Source: Massalongia carnosa
Taxonomy: Eukaryota
Assembly (NCBI GenBank): GCA_965645245.1
Contig: OZ287082.1
Coordinates: 1,302,001 to 1,366,000 of the forward strand
Direction: 5' to 3'
DNA: 64,000 bases
Positions 12,595-24,356 of this stretch are shown one piece after another. The notes under the pieces are model-generated. The model was given only the letters and a program-made list of their open reading frames with translations, did no database searches and was not told the origin of the DNA. A program made the translations under genes and the position numbers. The stretch's first letter is position 1. Each line of letters starts with the position of its first letter.

Positions 12595-14807
12595 ATGTCG
12601 CCAGCATTTCGTGAAGCAGAGGGCAGCATGTACAGCTTGGGTGGAGCAATTGATGCCCTGAGGCTGCAGGTGCTAAGCTTCGTAGGCTGGTTGAACTGGT
12701 GCACACCCAACCTGCTTTTCTTCTGGACTTCAAACTCCTTACCCGATTGCCCTACCAATGCTGCATCATGGCCTGTACTAGGTACGGAACGAGATGCAAG
12801 CTTGCGCCAAATCGCCGAGACCCAGTGGAGCAAAGTCGGTATTGGTTGCATATCTTAACGAAGTTGGAGACTGATGAGGCTTCAGAATAAGGAACAGAAG
12901 TACATTCTACAATTGCCATTTCGCAAACTCCACGTGCTTCCAGCTCATTACCTCAACGACTACTCCTGGAAACCAGAGCACCATATATGTATGCCATATG
13001 CGTCCTCATCGCGGGTCTCATTCTGACGTGAGGGCAGCGTCCAACATCGATCTACGCGAGCGGCTGTTGGGAAGGTTCGTAGCGGCAGCGACCGAATATC
13101 TTAATAACCTCAAGCAAGAATGCTGACGTCGTTTATGGAAGATGGACTCTTCTGGGCTCTATGACGCCCGAGGCGCCTGGTCAGTAGCTAACCCTCCATG
13201 AGGGCGAATCGTATCCTTCTAGCTGACGGCGAGTAACAAGGCGATCGCACTCACAGCGCCATTTCCTTCATTAAAGGCCCGATGACCAAAAAAATGGACT
13301 CTTGCTTCGCAGATTTACATGACGAAATATTGAGGGCCATCGATGAACAGATTGGAGATTGCTCTGGTGCATTAAGAGCCCGCTCCAAGTTTTTGAAGCT
13401 GACAAGCGAGCTAATAGCATCAAGCTTGGAGTCCTCGGAGCGCTTACTGGCTTGGCGTGAACATTAATCTCCAAATCTTTGAGCGGGTCTTCGTGGGTCC
13501 GAGCCTCTGCCGGAACCAAGAGTGGGTAGGTCAGGCGGCGGCGAGACCTGAATTTTAGTTGCAAAGTAACATGCTCACGATCGATAGAGGCAGGCTTGTC
13601 TCGGATACTCAACCAGCGCAATCGCGTCTGCAGCAGCATTGATGAAGTACGCTTGGTGGCAGCGACCCATAGTTGCCCCTTTCTTGAAGGAGATGCGGAC
13701 TTTGAAGAAGCATATTCATGGACTTGAGACAATACTGGAGCCTGTCCTGAAGGTTGGCATCATCCACTGCGAAGAAAATACACCGCTAATTGGTAAAGGC
13801 TCGCCTGGAGGCAACCAGCGACCTTGACTCTAAGAGGTCGGATGATTTTGTGCTATGGTGGGTTAATAATGTGCAAGCCAAAAGGCACGATATTCATGCC
13901 TTGACCACTGCTCTTATTCAACTCAACATTGCCGGCATCCAGAGTACCGGCATGGTTGTAAGGGATCCCCGATCCAAGTACTGACTCTCTGTGAAGCGCT
14001 AATGGGCGCAGGTCATGCAAGCACTCTTCGATCTCGCTGGCCGACCCGAATACATGGAGCCTCTCCGCGCCGAGGTTCAGCAAGTTGTCGCGGAGCATGA
14101 CGGCGCGGCTCTGACTCCGCGGGCTATGTCCAAGCTCGTGCTCATGGATAGCTTCCTCAAGGAGTCTCAGCGCCACGTCGCGCAGAACATACGTCTGTAA
14201 CCACCGTCTGCCGCATAGCCCACCGTCTGGCTCTAACAAGGAAATCTCCAGTTTCGGTCTACCGCAAGGCCATGGCACCGCTGGCTCTGAAGGATGGCAC
14301 CGTATTACCGGCGGGCTCTTACGTGTGCGTACCGTCGATCGACCACGAAGCAGACCCCACCACTCTTTCTCGAGAATGGGACGGCTTCCGCTGGGCCCGC
14401 CTTCGGGAGCAGCCGGGCAACGCGAACAAACACACCACAGTGGCATCCGGGTAAGTTCCTCACAATCATTTTTCAAAGCCTGCAGGCAGTGACAAACAAC
14501 ACCGTCCCACTTGGCTTTCCTTTATGACCAATCGCCCTTCCCCCCTCCGGTCGCCAGTCCAAAGCGCTAAGTTAGTTCCCCTTCTAGGCCCGACTCGCTA
14601 GAATTCGGCTACGGCACACACGCCTGCCCCGGACGATTCTTTGCCATGAATGTGGTCAAAGCTACCCTCGCGGCCGTGATCCGCGGGTACGATATCAGGT
14701 TCCCCGCGGGGGAGGGCGTTCCGACGCCTAGGTACAATCGGATCTTGGTGCTTGTGCCGGACAAGGAGCGGCAGGTTGAACTCGTCAATAGGGCTGCGAA
14801 GGGGTAA
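12595..14807 (+). CDS. Cytochrome P450 monooxygenase (ent-kaurene oxidase/PaxP-like group), multi-exon
   Basis: The spliced product shows I-helix AGIQST, SFLKESQR (ExxR), WDGFRW and the heme motif FGYGTHACPG. Stop TAA is at 14805-14807. The start codon is tentative. Confidence 0.9.
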
Positions 14808-15000
14808 GTATGCAGGAGGAGTTGTGTATGATGGTTCTGGGGTTGGCACACGAGTGCTGGGGGGCAATCTGGTGCAGCTGAGAGAGCGCTGGCTAGGTAG
14901 TGTAGTTGGCATCTTCTTCCAATTCGCAAACGTGGGCTACGTCGATCGTTTTTGTCGCTGTGGAGATTCGAACTTGATGAATATGATGATTCACGTGTAC

Positions 15001-15052
15001 GTATAATAGCATGATTGTCATTGAAGGTGATTATCTATGTGGGCTATCTACT
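15001..15052. repeat. Dispersed repeat, copy at ~61471-61523
   Basis: GTATAATAGCATGATTGTCATTGAAGGTG is identical at both sites and followed by similar GCTATCTACT. It is probably a mobile-element terminus. Confidence 0.6.
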
Positions 15053-15899
15053 TGCTTTTATAGCAGTCACAAAAAGCAGTCACATAATAGTGATGCTGTG
15101 TGCCTCCCATAACGTAATTCACTAGTCAACGAGATAAACCGCTCAACGGGACTAAGGAAATCCGAGAATATCATTTTTTTGACTGTCTTAGATGCTGAAC
15201 ATACAATTTTCGTACAAATATAGCTCTAAACAATATAATCGATCAATATCATCATTTTAGATATCATAATTATGAGTATTTGTAAAAATTCTACTCATAA
15301 AAAAACCTTTAAGCTTTCATTTATTCATTCGATCTTCGCATATTAGCAGCGATTACAATCTGCTTTTCAGACCCGAAAACAAGCTGACGAGGTTCTTTTC
15401 ATCACGAAGATAGCTGTTCTGTATGCAGTTTCAAAGTCTATTCTTCATGCTCGCATTCAGAATTGTCAACTACGATTTATATCAGATCAAGTTGAAGAAT
15501 TATTGACAATAGAGAAGAAAGGTGTTTTGAAAAACTTAGCTTTATAATTATACACTTGAGACTAATCTTCTAAAGTCGCTCAACTATGTCAAATGATCAT
15601 CGAATTATTGCGAGCGAGAAGAAATTATACTGCACTATGAGTTAACTGACAACAGTATTTTTTACATCTTTATTTCGATTTGCAGGTCAAATACAGTAAG
15701 ACATTAAATCGAGAACGATTATTTGCGAGAAATGAAGATATTTTTCAGCATTAATTCGATCTTTTTCTTTCTGTCAAAGAAAAACAGGAAATTATAGATG
15801 AAGAATGAGAATCTTCTGATTTTTGATCTATAAGATAATTCTGATTCTGAATGTCACGTTTTAGAAGCGACGGTCTTCTGATTCTAAATCTGTAAAATA

Positions 15900-17358
15900 A
15901 GTTAAATGGTATATAAGGTAGGGAGGAGAGAAGACTGCATGAAGGTGTATTCTATTGAGATCTGTCTACATGGCTATTATATACTGCCTAGCGCGCCAAG
16001 GCTCGCAGGGCTACGCTACACCCGCAAAGGGGTTGGAGGATAATTTAACACTCCCCTTACCGATCAACTCCCTTATCGGTGTAGCCGTGGTGGAGGCCGT
16101 ATGAAAATACAGCAACAGATCAAAGACAATATAACTCTCTCATGTGAAAAAAAAAGGATAAATCCCCTCGTGCCAACAGAACAGGTGCTAGCGAAGTCGG
16201 TTGTTTCTTCCTGCAGTTCCCTCCATGATGGCAATTGCTCCCTCATGCGAGTTGTCCTCTCTTTGCACCTTTCATCCCATCCTTTATGGCGGCAGGACAA
16301 CTGCTCCTCCATTCGGGTTGTACTTCCTTCATGGTGGCAGGGCATCTGCTCCCCCATTCGGGTTATACTCCCCTCATGGTGGCAGGACATCTGCTCCCCC
16401 ATTCGGGTTGTATTCCCTTCATGATGGCAGGGCATCTGCTCCCCCATTCGAGTTGTATCCTCGGCATCCTGCGGATGCCTTCTCCTATCTCCTTTATGGT
16501 GTCCTTCCTCCATGCTGGCAGTATACCTGCTCCCTCATGGCGGTTGTCCTCGGTACCCTGCGGGTACCTCCTTCCATTCCCCTATCTCCCCCACGGCATT
16601 CGGCGAAACGGCAACCGAGAGGAATGAGAACATCGAGGTAATGTGTAGGCGAAGGTCGTAATTAAAAGGAAAGAAGTCAGGAATTGAGATCAATTGGGTG
16701 GTGGGTGGGTTAATAAACGAGTGAACCACGAGGTTATGACTGTTTGATGAAGGGACGTCGGTAGTAGTGACTAAGAAGCCAGTAGCCGGCGTTTAGAAAA
16801 GAAATCGATCCGGAGGACTTCATAAAGACCAATCGATAATTGAATTCGAAAAGGCAGCCTTTTGAGGACTGTATCGAGTTTGAATAGCGACAAGGCGGTT
16901 GTTAAGTTCAACTGTGTCGCTGGATTGTCGAGTGGAGATTTGGATTGGCGACCTCTCATCGTCGCCGATTTGGCTTGTTTGTCTTCCGCTAAAGACACGT
17001 ATCGAGCTGCCGTTTTCACCTGATTTGTCTCCTGACCCTCAAGAGACTCGTAATCAGTTGCCGAAGTGTTAATTCTCCCTTACCAAAAGGGACCGTAAAA
17101 AGCTGCCGGAATTCAGAGTAATCACGCGCTCTGACCGCGGACACGCACACATCTCCCTTTATCCATGCCTACAAGGGGAAGCCTCATGCTAACCCGGGCT
17201 CATAACCAGTTAAATGGTATATCAGGTAGGGAGGAGAGAAGACTGCATGAAGGTGTGTTCTATTGAGATCTGTCTACATGGCTATTATATATTGCCTAGC
17301 GCGCCAAGGCTCGCAGGGCTACGCTACACCCGCAAAGGGGTTGGAGGATAATTTAACA
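15900..17358 (-). mobile_element. Non-autonomous mini LTR retroelement (TRIM-like)
   Basis: Direct repeats of 151 bp at 15900-16050 and 17208-17358 differ by 3 substitutions. On the minus strand, PBS GGTTATGAGCCC follows the 5' LTR and PPT GGTAAGGGGAG precedes the 3' LTR. There is no gag or pol motif inside. Confidence 0.85.
16215..16460. repeat. 45-bp degenerate tandem repeat inside the TRIM-like element
   Basis: Units like CCCTTCATGGTGGCAGGGCATCTGCTCCCCCATTCGGGTTGTATT translate on the minus strand as TTRMGEQMPCHHEG repeats. Confidence 0.8.
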
Positions 17359-17599
17359 GCACTAGAAAATATCAAAGATGCAGAAAGGAAACAAGCAAAG
17401 GGTGCCCTCTCTAAGAGTCTATATAGATAATCGCTTGGCCCGATCCAGCTGCTTGTTCTTCATCAATAAGAGAACAGTTTGGTCAAAAAGTCTTTCTGTC
17501 CTTTGTCCCTTTCATCCATTTGTGTTTGCTTTAGAAGGTCGTTCCGATGCGTTCCTTTCAGTACTTTCAGACCTCCGTTGATTGCCCCTAAAAGGGGTG

Positions 17600-17733
17600 A
17601 GTAACGGAAGCGGTTAGTGCGCCGGCAGATGCCGTACTTTCCTTTGACTGGCCTTGGGTGGATGTGGTTGAACCGTGACAGGGAGGACAGATAGCGCAAT
17701 AGTAGAAATCTATTCACTATCTCGCTTCGTCAC
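17600..17733 (+). mobile_element. Divergent LTR related to family A, preceded by a PPT-like tract
   Basis: It shares the 3' end GTAGAAATCTATTCACTATCTCGCTTCGTCACA with family A. It starts AGTAACGG after AAAAGGGG. Confidence 0.55.
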
Positions 17734-18190
17734 AATTTATGTAATGAATGAAAAGTTTCTTTTTAACATTGATTTATTATTGCAACAAAGATATCGAAAA
17801 TATTCCGAGCAAAAAACGGCTGAAAATACACACGCAGCTAAAAAAGGCAGAAAGCGCTCAAATCCGCACTGGCAAAATCGGGTTAGCTGACTTCCTCTAC
17901 AAGCGACGGGTGCCCTCCGTCACCTCACCGGCCTGCTCATGTGGCTGGCACAGACAAACTCCAGAACATGTAATCATGTTCTGCAGACTTATTGACAATA
18001 GAGAACAGATGTTTCGCGCCGCCGGCACGAGCGACTATCAGCAGCTGACCAAATCATCAAAAACTCTGAAGATACTAACTGCTTGGCTAATGAAAACAGG
18101 CTTTTTGAATCAATTCTCAACATTATTGTAAAATCAACAATAGTTGAACCTTTCTTTCTTTCTTCTCTTTTCACAAGGCATTACAGTTCC

Positions 18191-18361
18191 TGTGACGAAG
18201 CGAGATAGTAAATAGATTTCTACCATTGCGCCACCTGTCCTTCCCGACCAAAAGGCACAATACTTAGTCCGCAGACCAAGCTCTATTCTACTATAACTGG
18301 GACTCCTGCTATGTTCGCTGTAGGTCCTGCCGTCCGCACCACGCTTGGTCGGACCGTTACA
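18191..18361 (-). mobile_element. Solo LTR, family A, TSD GTTCC
   Basis: Reverse complement of the 5455 copy with an exact 5-bp TSD. Confidence 0.92.
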
Positions 18362-18508
18362 GTTCCTACACGTCTTTTGCACTGCGTCTCCCGCCCGACG
18401 TCGACACGTAGTCACATCGGACGGTATCAAGGGACATGGTTTTTACACCTGTAAAAGGTTTTCCATGTAACATAACTTAGATAGCTTTGCCCGCATGGGC
18501 CGGCCTAC

Positions 18509-19004
18509 TATAAGAGGGACAGTAGACACTAGTCCTTATGGGTTATAATGCTCAGTGTGACTGCTAATAGATTGGTAGGTGCTAAAGCTAAAAGCTGATT
18601 CCCTGAAGATGGGAATCGAGCTTTCTATATACCCCTTGGGGTCCTATTTACTAACTACTTGTCTGGTTACCTGTCTGCCTTGTTGCCTTCAGCTGAGGTC
18701 TAGTAGATAGCCTTGCTGCCTTCAGCTGAGGTCTAGCAGATAACCTTGTTGCCTTCAGCTGAGGTCTAGCAGATAGCCTTGTTGCCTTCAGCTGAGGTCT
18801 CCTAGGCGTCCCAGGCCTCCCATGAGATCGAGGCTTATCTGAATAGCTTCAGTTGCTGCCTAACAAACTGGTAAGGCTGATTGCTGATGGCTTAGTATTG
18901 CTATCCGCCTTATCATGACTAAGCATCCGGATTATCAGTCACCCGGTCTTCTTGGGTGAGTCATCCCAGGAGCTAGCGCAGTCCTGTATTGCCGCGCTAT
19001 TACA
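18509..19004. mobile_element. Solo LTR, family B (496 bp), TSD CCTAC, with internal 33-bp tandem repeat
   Basis: TATAAG...TTACA is flanked by CCTAC on both sides. It holds about 3.7 copies of CCTTGTTGCCTTCAGCTGAGGTCTAGCAGATAG at ~18678-18800. Confidence 0.8.
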
Positions 19005-19209
19005 CCTACGGCCGGTGTCATATCGGAGTATAAATACATAATCATCATAATCATCGAAAATATTCTAATTTTTATTATATTTATAAAGATGAATTATTTA
19101 TCTTGCTTTATACATTAATACTTTTTTTTTGTTTTTCTTTAAATTTGAACATTCAACGATCGATGTTTATCTTTCGATCTTTAATTATTTAAGTTTTATT
19201 CTTTATGAA

Positions 19210-19380
19210 TGTAACGGTCCGACCAAGCGTGGTGCGGACGGCAGGACCTACAGCGAACATAGCAAGAGTCCCAGTTATAGTAGAATAGAGCTTGGTCTGC
19301 GGACTAAGTATTGTGCCTTTTGGTCGGGAAGGACAGGTGGCACAATGGTAGAAATCTATTCACTATCTCGCTTCGTCACA
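19210..19380 (+). mobile_element. Solo LTR, family A
   Basis: Near-identical to 5455-5625. Flanks are ATGAA and ATTAA (one mismatch). Confidence 0.9.
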
Positions 19381-19451
19381 ATTAATAATTGAATTCTATC
19401 TTTATGACTTTTTTTCCATTGTTAACAGATAAGTAAGAAGATTGTCTTTTT

Positions 19452-19813
19452 TACGCCGCGCAGCTGGTTGGGTTGAACCCGTCGGGTTTGGGTTTTTTAT
19501 GCGGGTTTCCGGGTTAAACCGTTCAACCCGGTCAGTTTTTTTTGCAAATTAAATATGAAATCCGACGAAAACATGACGTTTAAAGTGATAAATTTTTTGC
19601 TTACTAATCATCATTTCTTGATGACTAATTTTCAGAATTTTCAGAATTTTCAAATGTGTTTGAAACATCTTAAAAACACGTTTAAAATTGACATAAAAAA
19701 TCCACCGGGTCGAACGGGTCAAACGGGTTTACCCGGGAACGGTTCCCCAACCCGGTAGCAGGTCGGGTTCGACTAGTCAAAACCCGACCCAACCCGACCC
19801 GTTGTGCGGCGTA
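19452..19813. mobile_element. hAT-type MITE with 8-bp TSD GTCTTTTT
   Basis: Terminal inverted repeats TACGCCGC...GCGGCGTA, subterminal AACCCG/CGGGTT repeats and an exact 8-bp flanking duplication. Confidence 0.85.
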
Positions 19814-20741
19814 GTCTTTTTCAATGTCAGAAATTCATCGTGTCCTCGTCTCTTGTCAGAATGATTAACGCTCTTATCGTATGTTCATGAAATTGAAACA
19901 TTTAATTTTGATCTAAATATATTTATGCTGAAACGAGAACTCTTTAGTGATTCTGAATGAGAATTCTTATTCGTTCAGATCCTGCGCTCATGAGGATGTT
20001 TTGAATAATCCTTACTTGTTACACAGTTTCATGATTTGGGGTTGAGGTTTACTTTCATCCAGACCATACACGTTGATGGTAGTAAGAGTAGTAGTAGTAC
20101 GTAGTGCAACGAACGAACATATACCATCAGGGAAAATTGCGAGCATGTACTCTTGGCTAGCTAATCTGAAAAGCTCTACAGAGTACAGAGTACAGATCTA
20201 AAGATATGGCGTAAATGTTCGCGCAGCATCGGAAAATTCATTTTAAAACCCCTATGTAAAAGTCGACAGAAAAAACTTTCCAAAACCAGAGGCGAGAATG
20301 CAACGAATAGAGAAATCAACCCAACCCACCACTGGCCTGTTTTCCGTTCACGCATATTACACCGCCATTTGCCAAAAAAAAAACACTTCACATTTGGCAG
20401 ATCGGCGACCATTAGACACTCCGTTGACCAACGCAATCCTCTCGAAACCCCGCGCCGAAAACACCGAATCGTCCGTCCTAACCAAAAATAGACCGTCACC
20501 ATTGTACCCTGCTACCTAGCTAGCTATCCTACTAGGTACGAACACCGAGTCCTGAATATTCCGTTCCTGCGCCGGCGGGGTTCCACGGACCTAATTATAC
20601 AGCGTACGTTCCAGTTTTCCCCATGCTGCTGAGGGATTAGCGGAATTTCGAAGGACTGCCATACCCGGGCAAGGAGAGTGAGGGGGCTTGGGATTCAACT
20701 CCCAGCACCGGTCCCTCTTTCCACTAGGCAGCTTCCGGCGG

Positions 20742-23032
20742 TCAGATCGTCCCGCTAGGCGGTGCGAAGTTGATCTTCTTCCGCTGAAAAAAAAAGACCG
20801 ATGATCAATACCATGCAATCGCTGTACCAAAGATTTCCAGGGAGCTTACCGAAAGAAACACGGAAGCCACAAGGCCGACGGCGCCCGCCACCAAAACGAG
20901 TGTATACCTGACTCCTTCAGCATCCTTTGCCAAGTCGCCGGGAGTGCTACCCGAACTCACACTTTCTGCAAGCTATCCATGATGACCCGAAGACACTGCC
21001 TCTGCGCCGTCCTCGGTAGCGTTGTGAAAAACCCTCCGCTCGAGCCGGATAAGGCAGCCTGTAGCGCTTGCCGCGGCACATCGGGCAATATCGCCTGCAA
21101 GCCGCGGAATGAGCTGTTGACGAAGATCGCCCCGGAAATAGACAGGGCGAGAGAGACGCCTAAGATCTGGGCTGTTCGGTATGTGAGCGGAGATGACTGC
21201 ATATGCGGGAGAGGAGGTAGCGCACCTAGCAGCATGAAGGTAACGGCGTAGGACATGTGCGATGGCCCGAGGACTCCCTGGATGACCGCATAGCCGGACT
21301 GGAGGTAGCAACCTAAACCGATCCCGATGAGAACTTCGTAGCCGTAAATTGCAGCGTTCGGGGTGGAGAGGTCGATCCGGTCTGGTCCAAGGCGCGTTGT
21401 CAGTAAACCTCCTGGCTAGCGCCTCAAGTGAAAAGTTCACATGTTGCTGAGACTGCTGACTTACAAATGAGCACGCCGCCGACCAGGACCAGGACACTCC
21501 CAAAGACATACCAGGCTTGGTAATGGCCAGTCTTCGACATCCACCCGCCATTAAGCATGATAGTAGCCGTAATCAAGATGATAAGCGGTAACAGCATAAC
21601 CCCAGACTCTAGCGGGTTCACTCCCTTGATGAACTGGAAATACAGCGGAAGATAATACATCAGCACGAACGTCGCCGCGTTGTTCGCGGCCATAAGAACA
21701 GCAAGTAGCATAGGCTCTTTCATCCTCACAAACTGCAAAGGAAACAGGCGATTGCTCAAACTCGTGAGCACGACGAGCTTCTGCTGCACCACAAAAACAA
21801 GCAGCAGTGTCGCGGCAACGACGAATAAAGCGATGATCCGACTGCTGCCCCACGCGTACAGTGTCCCGCCGAAATTGATGGCCACGATCCCGCACACGAG
21901 CAGCGGGGCTTGCAATATCGATCCGAGGACATCGAATTCGCGCAGCCGATTGGATACGCTCGCATTCGGCTGCGGGACGAAGGACGGCAGCAGGAGCAGG
22001 TAAACCGGCGCGAAGACGCCGCCGATGACGAGATTGAGGTAGAAGCCCCAGCGCCACGTTGCTGAGGAGTCTGCGAACGCACCTCCGATGATGGGGCCGA
22101 TAACGGTTCCTGTGTAACAATGAGCAGCTGCCGTCAAAAGGCGCGCGATGGAGTCGGAGATCGGGGCCGGATGTGAGGGACCCGCACCCAAGCCATAGAT
22201 TAAGCCGCTAGTCGGTATCAGTGAAAGTTCAAACCATGTGTATCAAGAATGGCAACGCGTACATCAATCCCAAGTACATCGGCCTTTCCTTGTCGGTCGT
22301 GTTTACGGACAAGAGCGTTACAACGCCAACATACATGCCATTTCCGCCGACACCAGCAATGACCCGCCCCAGGATCATGGCCGTCATGTTCGGCGCCGCG
22401 CCGCAAAGCGCTGACCCAGCCATGAACAGTACGATGGCAAGGACATACAGCCATTTCGTGTTAAAGGTACCGTATAGCTTGCCCGCTGGGAGTGTAGCGC
22501 AGAGTGCGCCCAACATAAACCTAAGGAGCGGATAGTCTTTGTTACCGTGCACGGCTGTATCATTTCGAATTGAATATATCCGAAGTGAAGACTCACCCGA
22601 CCGACATCCACGGCAGCTTCTCCGCGTCGCCTAGATCATCGACGATGGCCTCGCGAGGAATGAGTTCGAAAGGCTCCATTCGCGCGGAACGTTGGGACCT
22701 ACCGGCACAATGTTCGCGACGATGGTATTGTCGAGAGAGTAAAGCAGCACGCTCGAGATGATGGCGATGACGACCAGGATCCACTACGGGATGGGAGAGA
22801 TGCGTACGTCAGTTCCGTAGAAGCTAGACTCGGAAGACAAGTCCGCCCGGCTCGGGGGTGGGTGAACGGGAAGCAGAAGACGTACGGATACCCCGTGCAC
22901 TGCCCGTGGGGACGGGGCGGAGTCTGGTTCACGTGCCTTGCCCTCCTCCAGCTCCTTTGGCTGGTCGTCGCTCGCGTGATCGGAAGCCCGAAAGGCTGAT
23001 GCCGCGGGCTTCTGGTCCTGATGAAGAGACAT
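20742..23032 (-). CDS. MFS drug:H+ antiporter (DHA2/14-TMS, toxin-efflux type), multi-exon
   Basis: Motifs LDNTIVANI, GKLYGTFNTKWLY, GSALCGAAPNM..GRVIAGVGG, GPIIGGAF..WRWGFYLNL and YYLPLYFQ. The last exon is RKKINFAPPSGTI-stop. Confidence 0.9.
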
Positions 23033-24069
23033 GATGAATCAAGTAGCGCGGGTCTCCTGCCAGAGTCGGAGAGTTGTGCAATGTGTTTTGGAGCACTTTG
23101 CGTGCGCAGGGTAAGTTTATCATACCTACCATATGGTCCACCTGAATGCCAGTAATAAGGGGAGTTCAGAGCATTCGTGAGAGGTGCTGCACGGTGCCAT
23201 CTGCGGCGGAGCGCAGGTACGATGTACGTCATTGCTTATGCTGTACCTCTGTACTCATCCATCCCATAGATTTGCATGAAGAGGGTTCGAAGCCCCGATT
23301 GCCAAGCAAGAGTCGATATTCCTTTTGATGTCTCGGAGGCTGACGGTTGCCTTACGAAGATGAGTGTCTTGCGATCATCTTGGCCCGCAGCACAACGGCT
23401 CTGCAGCCAAAAAGGTCGCGAGAAAAGCTGCTCGCGGCCCGGGCGGGTCGGGCAGTCGGCGTATGAGCGGGCCGAGCGGGAAGGCTAAATGAAGTTCTGT
23501 GGGCTATTGAAGTAATTTTCTCCTCGTCGGGATTCATTGCCCTTCACAATACTACGCTACGTTTCCAAAAATACAAGGGCTGTAGAAGCTCATTGTGCCC
23601 CGCCACCACTGATCGTGCTGCTAGCTAGTGGCGGGGGCAGAAAACTTTAATCTGATAGGGCCGAATTATCAAAAGAAATACAGTGCGAAGTTCGTTGGTG
23701 GGGGCGGGAAGGTGAGGCTGAGATGCACGAACGTTAGCAAAGCATCATGCATTTCACCGAGGATAGACCCTGACTAAGTAGATCCGAGCTAAAACCAGCC
23801 TAAAGCCGTCGAACTTGCTGCTTCGATTTTCCCCCCCGCCCCGTTAACGCCCGACCGAGCCAATGTTCAAGCCTCCGTAGAAGGTGTAATTCGATGAAAT
23901 GCGCTAAAGTTAGCCCTAATCCTAATCTTACAGTCCTACAGCACAAACATTTACAAACCATTAACAAAGTCATAGTTTTGTTATTTGATATTTGTGTGTA
24001 TTTTGTTGTCGTTTTGTTGATTTTTTGACTTATGATGCGGGAAATAAAATGTTAGTGGCTTGGCATTTT

Positions 24070-24344
24070 AGGGCCGGTTGCAAAATTCGTTGCCGGTCAA
24101 AAAATGTTTGTTTGGAACCTCGCCAAAATACTCCGTACAAAAATCACTACATATCATTCCAAGTAATTATAACTACACCAAAAAATTGTATAAATGCAAA
24201 AAAATAAAAAAAAATAAAACTTTGCATGTAGCAAGTTATATATATTGTTACATGTATTAACATGGAACGAGTTCTGTGTATGAATTATTTGGGATTGAAC
24301 AAAAATTTTTTTTTTGGTGGGCAACGAATTTTGCAACCGACCCT
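24070..24344. mobile_element. MITE-like element with ~25-bp terminal inverted repeats
   Basis: AGGGCCGGTTGCAAAATTCGTTGCC...GGCAACGAATTTTGCAACCGACCCT around an AT-rich core. No TSD is evident. Confidence 0.7.
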
Positions 24345-24356
24345 CGTTCATATAGA

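Larger units (their letters stand above)
17805..19055 (+). mobile_element. LINE 3' fragment interrupted by two solo LTRs
   Basis: Encodes KAES..QIRTGKIGLADFL..CSCG..HVIMFC. The 3' UTR and CAT tail are colinear with the uninterrupted copy at 54150-54745. Confidence 0.85.

Noticed and set aside
18678..18800. 33-bp repeats resembling a CRISPR array
   Set aside because: There are no unique spacers or cas genes. It is a tandem repeat inside a solo LTR in eukaryotic DNA.
20175..20515. Possible MITE (CAGAGTACA...TGTACCCTG)
   Set aside because: Only about 9 bp of imperfect inversion and no TSD.
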